This document shows positions 49,031 to 56,306 of a stretch of DNA of 64,000 nt, one piece after another; within the stretch, counting starts at the first letter, position 1, and each line of letters begins with the position of its first letter. The DNA is from Candidatus Micrarchaeota archaeon (GTDB lineage: Archaea > Micrarchaeota > Micrarchaeia > Anstonellales > Anstonellaceae): NCBI GenBank assembly GCA_964392435.1, contig CAYMOY010000001.1:77259-141258 (forward strand). Reading direction: 5' to 3'. The notes beneath the pieces are model-generated. The model searched no databases and was not told where the DNA came from. It was given only the letters and a program-made list of their open reading frames with translations. The position numbers were made by a program, and so were the translations under genes.

Positions 49031-49240
49031 ATGGCGCAGTGCATTGTCTGCCAAACCAAACTCAAGATGCACTATGGGCTTTGGCAGCATTTAGAACATA
49101 AGGATTTCATCAAACCCATAAGATTGTTCTTTGCCGACTCTGGCTTGGAAAAGCCAGCGCATTATCCGAATATGGGTAAAGACAGGTTTACATGGAAGTA
49201 TAATTTCCAAAGCCCTGCCATTTATGCAGTATGCTTGTGA
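49031..49240 (+). CDS. Possible small Zn-finger protein (69 aa)
   Basis: CIVCQTKLKMHYGLWQHLEH resembles C2H2 spacing; fills an otherwise empty gap. Confidence 0.4.
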   Translation: MAQCIVCQTKLKMHYGLWQHLEHKDFIKPIRLFFADSGLEKPAHYPNMGKDRFTWKYNFQSPAIYAVCL

Positions 49241-49310
49241 AGAAACTTGGGGGAACAATGTCTCAAACAGGGGAAAAATTGCATGGGATAAACTGCACTT
49301 TTAATAAAAA

Positions 49311-49514
49311 TGGGCCGGAAGAGATTTGAACTCTCGACCTTTCGATGCCAAAACCTCCAGCGGGTTTTTCAGCGGTGTTCCGCCGCTTCCTCCCCACGCT
49401 TTGCGTGTGGATGGCGAATCTTGCGCCCTTTCCCTCTGGCAGTTTATCAGTCGAACGCTCCAACCAGGCTAAGCTTCCGTTGGCATTTGAAGATTCAAGT
49501 GCCATTACCGGCCC
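49311..49514 (-). tRNA. tRNA-Ile(GAU) with introns at 9/10 (31 nt, 49475-49505) and 37/38 (98 nt, 49347-49444)
   Basis: Spliced product GGGCCGG-TA-GCTTAGCCTGGTTGGAGC-G-TTCGA-CTGATAA-TCGAA-AGGTC-GAGAGTTCAAATCTCTT-CCGGCCC-A; both junctions form relaxed BHB motifs. Confidence 0.9.
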
Positions 49515-49572
49515 ACCAATTGGCTGGACAGGTTGTTTAGCCCATGATGATTTTAAAAAGCGTTGCTGGCGG

Positions 49573-50481
49573 CTAGTATTCAGGAACCTCTGTGCGGTAG
49601 GCTTGCTTCTTGTATATCTTTGCATTCTCGGACAGGTCAATGCCGCGCACCAGTTCAGCCCTCCTATGGAGCGCAGCCAGATAATCTCCCTGTATCTTGT
49701 CAAAATAGACCGATTCCTCCTCGGTAAGCTTGCGCGCCTGCTTCTCCGCAGACTTGGACTGTATTTTCGCCAGAAGCCCGGCTATCACCTTCTCGTTCGC
49801 CTCAAAATCCGGAGCTTTTTGCGCCTCCACCCAGATAACTCGCCCGCCAACGTTTCTTTGCACCTCGTCAGCGGCCCTCAGCTCTGCCAGTTCAGCTTTT
49901 TTTTTATCAAGGGAAAAGCTGCCTGAAAAGACGCAGCAGACCCTGCCCAGGCGGGCTGCGAGATTGACCAGTTCCTGCTGCTTTTCCTTCGGCATAAATG
50001 AGACATCCACATCATTGCCCTGGTTTTCCTCTATCACCGAAAGAAGCGCCTCCCCCTCTTTGCGCGGAAGTGTGTTCAAAAGTATGGTGAGCCTTGCAAT
50101 GTCCTCGCGCCTTTCATAATTGTTCTTTACGAAAACAGCGCGCTTTTTCATCAGCTCATAAGCCTCCCCGCTCTTGCCTTTCACTGCAATATCAAGCTCC
50201 GCGCGAGAGTACCTGTTTATTTTCTCGGTGTATTCGGAGATTTCCTTCCGGTTGGGGACCAGCGTGAGAAGGTCTGCAACCTCAAGCTTCTCGGCAATCG
50301 GAGACAGCTTCTGGTCCACTGCGGCAAGCTCTTCAGTAATGGCCTTGAGGTGCAAGTCCCCCTCCTTTGCCCCGGTGCGCAGCAAAAAGTCGCGCTTGAA
50401 CGACAGCTCGTTTCTCTTGCGTGAAAGCACGGCATGGTCAACAAGCTCTCGGCTGGAGATCATAACAGTCCGGTCGTCCAT
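49573..50481 (-). CDS. Hypothetical helical/coiled-coil protein
   Basis: 302-aa ORF with upstream TATA-like TTAATATAAA; no recognised family. Confidence 0.75.
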   Translation of the reverse strand: MDDRTVMISSRELVDHAVLSRKRNELSFKRDFLLRTGAKEGDLHLKAITEELAAVDQKLSPIAEKLEVADLLTLVPNRKEISEYTEKINRYSRAELDIAVKGKSGEAYELMKKRAVFVKNNYERREDIARLTILLNTLPRKEGEALLSVIEENQGNDVDVSFMPKEKQQELVNLAARLGRVCCVFSGSFSLDKKKAELAELRAADEVQRNVGGRVIWVEAQKAPDFEANEKVIAGLLAKIQSKSAEKQARKLTEEESVYFDKIQGDYLAALHRRAELVRGIDLSENAKIYKKQAYRTEVPEY

Positions 50482-50555
50482 GTTTCATGTTCTCAAGTAA
50501 GATTTATATTAATCCTTATTTGTGGCCCCCTCAGGCCAACAACCAGGAGGCATTA

Positions 50556-50699
50556 TTTTGGGGAAGGGGGGCGCAGATAAAAGTAGGGTGTGGGAGGTGA
50601 ATAATGGCGCCCCCGGTTCCCCAAAAACATTTGGTCGCCTTGCAATCTCTTGCAAGAATGACGTCGAGCCGCGCCCATCTTGCTTCTCTTGCCGGGCGC
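50556..50699. ncRNA. Candidate structured RNA or cis-element
   Basis: 18-bp stem 50556-50574/50607-50626 plus two further hairpins. Confidence 0.35.
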
Positions 50700-50734
50700 T
50701 GCTTGACGGTGGTGATTTTACGAATCCTTCATAG

Positions 50735-51214
50735 TCATTTTGCCGAGTACAGCACCGCCCTGCCCACCTGCCGCTTTGCAAGCAGGCCAAGCTCGAACAT
50801 CCTGTTCAGGCGCGAACTGGCCGCATTTTTCCCCCTGTATCCGAACCTCCTGCGGACCTCTTCCGCAGAAACATGCCTTTTCTCCTTCACGAACTTCAGT
50901 ATCTCCTCGTCCACAGACGGGAGGAGCACTTCCTCCGCGCCGCCTTCAGGAGCATGAACGCCTGATTCCACCAACGCCAGTCTGCGGTCGACTTCTGCGA
51001 ATTTCTCATCCAGCCGCTCTATCAGGGTCTTCAGCAGCCGGTTGGTGTTCTCCCGCTCGGTAGCCGCGGTGTGCATCAGTGCCGCGAGCACCACGGGGTC
51101 CCGGAGTTTCTGGATGTCATTTTCCAGCGGCGAGAGAACCTCATTCCGGAGTTCCTCAATCGCCTGCTTTCCCGACCCCTCCCCGATAGGCTTATATTGG
51201 TCTTCTTTCTTCAT
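50735..51214 (-). CDS. Coiled-coil plus C-terminal winged-helix protein
   Basis: EEILKFVKEKRHVSAEEV...ASSRLNRMFELGLLAKRQVGR. Confidence 0.78.
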   Translation of the reverse strand: MKKEDQYKPIGEGSGKQAIEELRNEVLSPLENDIQKLRDPVVLAALMHTAATERENTNRLLKTLIERLDEKFAEVDRRLALVESGVHAPEGGAEEVLLPSVDEEILKFVKEKRHVSAEEVRRRFGYRGKNAASSRLNRMFELGLLAKRQVGRAVLYSAK

Positions 51215-51362
51215 GTTCCCACGTCCGTGATGATTTCATCATGGAGGTGTCAGGTACTTGTCACGACTTAATCATGACAATATATATAAATGCCTATGGT
51301 TCACCGTCGTGAAAAAATGCAAAAAAATTGACACACAATTCCTCTTTTTAACATGTGATTGC

Positions 51363-51914
51363 ATGCCACTTTCGTTGCAGGAAACCGCGCTTTTAATCTC
51401 AAACGCCCTGCGCGAGCGCGATGTGCGCTCAATGCGCAAAATAAACAGCAGGTGCGTTCAAGAAACAGCGATAAAATTCGAGCAGCACACCTATCTTTTT
51501 GCCCTAACCACATATGTGCTTTCCAAGGTGCTAAGCAAACCCCGATACTTTTCCCAAAAAAAATACAAGGGCGCGCTTGAAAAAATCCTAATGCTGCTGG
51601 GGCAGTGCGAGTCGCAGGCAAAATCGGCCTCATACCCCTCTCTTGCAAAAACACAGACCAAGATACTCCTGGCAATAGAGAGGATGGATGACCAGGACAG
51701 GCGGTTTGTCAAGGGCATTTTGCAAAAGGGGAAGCTCAAAATAGCCACCACTCTTTATGCCCAGGGGATTTCCCTTGGCAATGCGGTGGAGATAACCGGT
51801 GTGGACAAGCGCGAGCTCCTCTCCTATGCCGGGCAGACAATGATGTTCGACCGGCTTCGCGAGAAAAAAAACATAGAGGAACGAATGAGGGACTTGAGGG
51901 AGATATTCTCCTAG
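51363..51914 (+). CDS. Helical protein with C-terminal UPF0175-like HTH
   Basis: LYAQGISLGNAVEITGVDKRELL; start refined. Confidence 0.7.
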   Translation: MPLSLQETALLISNALRERDVRSMRKINSRCVQETAIKFEQHTYLFALTTYVLSKVLSKPRYFSQKKYKGALEKILMLLGQCESQAKSASYPSLAKTQTKILLAIERMDDQDRRFVKGILQKGKLKIATTLYAQGISLGNAVEITGVDKRELLSYAGQTMMFDRLREKKNIEERMRDLREIFS

Positions 51915-51922
51915 GTGCTCTG

Positions 51923-52612
51923 ATGCCGAAACTTTCCGGGCAATCCATAGTCTGCGATGCCAGCTCTCTCATATCTCTTACCGACTCCTGCTTTGTCCAC
52001 GTTCTTTATTTTTTGAAAAAAAAGCACAAGGGGCATTTTATCATTCCGCCAATGGTTGAAAAGGAGTGCGTGGAGCAGCCGCAATCGCTGCGCATGCACG
52101 CGCTCCACGCCATCCGCCTCAAGCGCGCAATATGCGACGGAATGATAGAGGTGGTGGGCCTCAACTACCCAAAAAAAGCAGAGGAGCTTAGGTGGCTAGC
52201 CAACAACATCTTCTACGCATCCGGCACTCCCCTGCGCCTGCTGCACCAGGGCGAGGCTGAGATGCTCTCGCTTGCTCTGGAGACAGGGGTGGACAACCTG
52301 CTTATCGACGAGCGGACCACCCGCATGCTCTGCGAGGACCCAGAGGCGCTTCGGCTCCACCTGGAGCGCGAGTTTTGCATCCCGATAACCACCGACACCG
52401 AAAACCTCTATGCGTTTTCCCGCCTCACATCCTGCATGCGCTTTTTCCGGAGCAGCGAGTTATTGCTGCTTGCTTATGAAAAAGGCTATTTCAAAGACTA
52501 CGGCGAACTTGAAAACGAGGCAATCGAGGCTTCGCTTTACCGCCTAAAATACGCCGGCTGCGCGGTCGGCATGGGCGAAATAGACGGATATGTGCTAAAG
52601 CACATAAGGTAG
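51923..52612 (+). CDS. PIN-domain protein
   Basis: IVCDASSLISL, GEAEMLSLA, LLIDERTTR. Confidence 0.82.
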   Translation: MPKLSGQSIVCDASSLISLTDSCFVHVLYFLKKKHKGHFIIPPMVEKECVEQPQSLRMHALHAIRLKRAICDGMIEVVGLNYPKKAEELRWLANNIFYASGTPLRLLHQGEAEMLSLALETGVDNLLIDERTTRMLCEDPEALRLHLEREFCIPITTDTENLYAFSRLTSCMRFFRSSELLLLAYEKGYFKDYGELENEAIEASLYRLKYAGCAVGMGEIDGYVLKHIR

Positions 52613-52621
52613 GGTGCTGGT

Positions 52622-53287
52622 TTGACTGCTGGGAAAAAGCCAAAAATATTTGTGGACAACCGCGAGCCCGATGGGGTGTGCGACGCCCTGGAGGCTGCCG
52701 GCGCTGAAATAGAGATTTCCCAGCTTTCGCTTGGCGACTACCAGGTCTCAGACCGCCTAGTTGTGGAGAGGAAAACGCGGCAGGACTTCGAGTCCTCCAT
52801 AGTGGACGGCAGGCTTTTCTCCCAAGCCACAAGCCTGTCCGCCTCGGTGCCCCGCGCAGTCATCATCGTTGAAGGCTCCCCTGACTCCGAATCGCGCCTT
52901 TCCCGTTCAGCCCTGCTGGGCGCATACTCTTCCCTTATAGCCGACCTGGGCTGCTCGATTTTCTTCACCCGCTCGCCCTCGGCAACAGCCGAGCTGGTCT
53001 TCGCGCTTGCCTGCCACGAGCAGTTTTCGAAAAAACAGCCTCTCTCAGTATATGCAAAGCGCCGCTTCCGCACCCTTTCCGAGCAGCAGCGTGCTGTGGT
53101 GGAGGCGCTTCCAAGCGTTGGTCCCACCCTGGCCCGCGCCCTCTTGGAATACTTCGATACGATTGAAAATGTGATGGGCGCGCCTGAAAGCGAGCTTAGG
53201 GCGGTGGGCAAAATCGGGGAAAAAAAGGCAAAGGCGCTGCGGCAGCTTCTTACCAGCCGCTACAAAGCCGAGCAGGACCTGCCTTAG
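52622..53287 (+). CDS. Short-form XPF/ERCC4 nuclease with HhH
   Basis: VDNRE, GDY, VERKTRQDF, LPSVGPTLA, IGEKKA. Confidence 0.92.
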   Translation: MTAGKKPKIFVDNREPDGVCDALEAAGAEIEISQLSLGDYQVSDRLVVERKTRQDFESSIVDGRLFSQATSLSASVPRAVIIVEGSPDSESRLSRSALLGAYSSLIADLGCSIFFTRSPSATAELVFALACHEQFSKKQPLSVYAKRRFRTLSEQQRAVVEALPSVGPTLARALLEYFDTIENVMGAPESELRAVGKIGEKKAKALRQLLTSRYKAEQDLP

Positions 53288-53407
53288 TCTTCCCGATGGC
53301 ATCTTATCCAGCTATAGCCATTAAATATAACTTTTTTACAGTCAGCTATATAAGCTTCTTCGCCGTAAAAGCGGGCTATTGTCTATTTGCAGTTGAAAGG
53401 TGGTAAT

Positions 53408-53920
53408 ATGGACGAAAAAATACTCAAAATAGTCGCTGGAAAGCTTCGCCACTACGAAGGTCAGCCCATCAGCCAGGAGCGCCTTGAGGCCATACGCTCC
53501 GCGGTATATTCGGCAACCAAGACCAACAAGTTCGCATCATTTTCCAACGTGAAAAAGTGGATAAAGGCAGCGCGGGGGATGATGAAGCGGCAGGACAATC
53601 AGGCGAAGAAAGCTGCAAAGAAAGTGGGCAAGGCCAAGCCTTCTCATCACGTCCTCCACGCGCACTTCGCGCCAGTCCGCGAGGTGGCGATACCCGAGGT
53701 TTCCCGCAAGGTGGAAGACTCGGTCAACCTGATAAAGGAAGAGGCCGCGCCAGTCCCTCCCATGCAGGAGGTCGCACTGCCCAAGCCCCAGATTGTCTTC
53801 GACAAGATTTATCTGCAGAGCATCAAGTTCGAGATTGCTGGCATCCGCCAGACCATGGAGCGGGTCAGCAGGCAGCTTGACAAGATGGAAAGGGAGCTTA
53901 CCTCACACGCCGAGGATTAA
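53408..53920 (+). CDS. Hypothetical protein with C-terminal coiled coil
   Basis: ORF preceded by GGTGGT SD-like element and TATA-like tracts. Confidence 0.65.
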   Translation: MDEKILKIVAGKLRHYEGQPISQERLEAIRSAVYSATKTNKFASFSNVKKWIKAARGMMKRQDNQAKKAAKKVGKAKPSHHVLHAHFAPVREVAIPEVSRKVEDSVNLIKEEAAPVPPMQEVALPKPQIVFDKIYLQSIKFEIAGIRQTMERVSRQLDKMERELTSHAED

Positions 53921-54075
53921 AGCGCAACTGCCCGGAGCCTCTGCCAATCCGGATGGCATCTTCTCTCCCGATTCCCCCGGGTTTTCCATCCCGTTGCGCC
54001 AGACAGCCAATCCCCTGCCATTTGGCAGCATAGTCATCCTTTTATTGTTTCCACACGTTCTTTTTCTGCGATCAG

Positions 54076-55062
54076 ATGCTGCGGCAGGGCAAGCTTGAAG
54101 TTGATGGTATAAGGATAGCCTTAGATGACGCCAGCTCAGACGTGTGCTTTGTCTCTCATGCGCACACAGACCACACCGCCGCATTTTCCAAAAAGCGGAG
54201 CATAATCGCGTCTGATGAGACATTCATGCTTTTGGGAAGCGAGCCCTCATCATGCCCCTTGCCGGGCGGGTTGAGCATTCACCCTGCTGGGCATATGCTG
54301 GGCGCCCGCCAGCTGCGGGCAGAAACGCCTTCAGGGGTGTTCGTCTATACGGGCGATTTTTCCCTCCATCAGTCATACACCGTTCCTGCAGCCTCGATTC
54401 TCCAGTGCGACACCCTGATGATAGATTCCACATACGCCCTGCCCCATCTCCGCCTTCCAAGCAGGCATGAAACATCCCGGAAAATGGCGCATTTTGTGAA
54501 GGAGAATGAAGGCAGGATATTGGTGTTTGGCGCCTATATCCGGGGGAAGACGCAGGAGCTGGTGCGCTTCCTCAACATCGAGTGCTCTGTCTCGCCAATA
54601 GTGAGCGCGCCTGCTGCAAAGCTATGCGGCATATATGAAAAATGCGGGGTCAGGCTGGATTATATAGAGGCAGGCACTTCCGAGGGGGAGGAGGCAATGC
54701 GTTCGCCTTTTGTGGCAATAATGCCCTCCGGCATGGTGAATTTTTCATTCGGCTCCAGGCTCTCAGAGGCATTCGGGCGAGAGGTTCGGACCTCGCTGGC
54801 GACCGGCTGGGCAACAGTTTCGCGCTTCCCTGTGGATGCGGCTTTCCCATTTTCCGACCATGCCGATTTTCGCGACACCATGCGCTATATATACGACTCT
54901 GGCGCGAAAAGGGTAATCTGCGCCAACTCAAGCGAGGCAGAAGCCGCCTCGTACCTGCGCACACTTGGGATAGACGCAATCGCCAAGTCTGAAATGAGGA
55001 TGGAAACGCAGACGACCCTGGCAAAGGCATGGGGCGAGCCCCAGGCAGCGCTGAGGATTTAA
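54076..55062 (+). CDS. Metallo-beta-lactamase / beta-CASP-type exonuclease
   Basis: FVSHAHTDH, PAGHMLGA, YTGDF, IDSTY, FSDHADF. Confidence 0.88.
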   Translation: MLRQGKLEVDGIRIALDDASSDVCFVSHAHTDHTAAFSKKRSIIASDETFMLLGSEPSSCPLPGGLSIHPAGHMLGARQLRAETPSGVFVYTGDFSLHQSYTVPAASILQCDTLMIDSTYALPHLRLPSRHETSRKMAHFVKENEGRILVFGAYIRGKTQELVRFLNIECSVSPIVSAPAAKLCGIYEKCGVRLDYIEAGTSEGEEAMRSPFVAIMPSGMVNFSFGSRLSEAFGREVRTSLATGWATVSRFPVDAAFPFSDHADFRDTMRYIYDSGAKRVICANSSEAEAASYLRTLGIDAIAKSEMRMETQTTLAKAWGEPQAALRI

Positions 55063-55089
55063 ATCTTATTCGGTAATTCAGACGGAAAG

Positions 55090-55428
55090 GTGATTTTCAT
55101 GGCATCCAAGGCGCAAAAGGACGACTTACTAGGCGAGATAAGCGGAAAGGTTCTGCTTTACGGCAACGGGCTGGATGCATCGGGTGAAATAATACTTTGC
55201 GAAGGGGGCTTGATAGTGCGGGCCGAGGGCAACACCATCAAGGCGCCTTTCAGGTATGTGACTATGTTTGAAAAAAGCAAGGAGCTGCCGCTTGGCAAGG
55301 TCGGCGTGGAAATGGATGTCTATGACCAATCCGGCATAAAGCATTACTTCCATGTGGGCATGGCGGAGCAGCATTTCGTTGCGCTCAAAAAGGCGATTTT
55401 GGGCAAGGAAAAGCAAAGCCAAGAATAG
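55090..55428 (+). CDS. Hypothetical small protein (possible PH-like fold)
   Basis: 112-aa beta-rich ORF with terminal helix. Confidence 0.6.
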   Translation: MIFMASKAQKDDLLGEISGKVLLYGNGLDASGEIILCEGGLIVRAEGNTIKAPFRYVTMFEKSKELPLGKVGVEMDVYDQSGIKHYFHVGMAEQHFVALKKAILGKEKQSQE

Positions 55429-55525
55429 GATTTTATACTCTAGCTGAGGAATGGGGCTTATGTCAAAAATGCGCAAGCAGGCGACTGAGTGCCATCCGGG
55501 CACTTCTTGCCTGAAAGGTCGGGCA

Positions 55526-56056
55526 GTGATTGAGTTGCCTGCGGCAACTGCTCACCGCCTGCGCGGGCAGGCTATGATGGAATATCTGGTGACCTACGGA
55601 TGGGCGCTTTTGGCGCTTTTCCTGGTGATCGCATTGCTTTTGGCCTCCGGCGCATTCTCTCCAAACAGCTTCTCAGTGCAGGAATGCACTTTCCAGCCAG
55701 GACTGCCTTGCTCCCCGTTCATAATCTACAAAAATTCCAGCAGCGGCCAAACCGTGCTGCGCTTCACCCTGGCAAACGGCTTGGGATTCCCGATAAACGT
55801 GACTGGGGTGAACTATACTGTCACCGACCTTGGTGCTGAAGGGCGGCGTCAGATTTCTGGCATCGTTCCGTCAAGTTATGCGGTTTCGCAGGGCAGCAGC
55901 ATGAACTTCGAGCAGAACTTCTCAGGCCCCAGCCAGCCAGAGCCCAAGACATTCAGGACAATCTACGCCACGATTTTCTACATCAACTGCAAGAATTCTG
56001 TCTGCAGCGGGCCTTACCAGTCTTCGGGCAGGATTTCAGCCGTTGTGGAAGGCTAG
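55526..56056 (+). CDS. Second archaeal type IV pilin
   Basis: RLRG^QAMMEYLVTYGWALLALFLVIALLL; start GTG at 55526 or TTG at 55535. Confidence 0.85.
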   Translation: MIELPAATAHRLRGQAMMEYLVTYGWALLALFLVIALLLASGAFSPNSFSVQECTFQPGLPCSPFIIYKNSSSGQTVLRFTLANGLGFPINVTGVNYTVTDLGAEGRRQISGIVPSSYAVSQGSSMNFEQNFSGPSQPEPKTFRTIYATIFYINCKNSVCSGPYQSSGRISAVVEG

Positions 56057-56306
56057 CAAAGGGCGCTGAGGGGCGATTTTGCCCCAAATCAAAACCCAAC
56101 ACAACATGGCCAGTCAACAAAGTCAGTCGGCCCAAACAGGCTCAAACGGTTACTTTTTGAGCAAGGCTCGCTGCGGCGCACTTTTTTAAATTCTAACCTC
56201 GTATTTTGCCTTGCAGGATGCGGCAGGCGGCCAATGGTTCTGTAAACAGGCACCGAGGCGAGTTTCCGCAGTCTGTGAAAGGCGACACAACAAAGGTAGA
56301 AAACCA

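Noticed and set aside
50604-50957. 117-aa plus-strand ORF with perfect SD as a firm CDS
   Set aside because: It overlaps the convergent wHTH gene by more than 200 bp and has no protein-like motif; kept only as part of the structured-element finding
53921-54075. RNase P RNA or other ncRNA in this gap
   Set aside because: Some stems are present (GCGCAAC/GTTGCGC, TGCCA/TGGCA), but there is no GAGGAAAGUCC/ACAGAA signature and the gap is short
56057-56306. Small gene or ncRNA upstream of smc
   Set aside because: Only short hairpins and no convincing ORF or RNA motif
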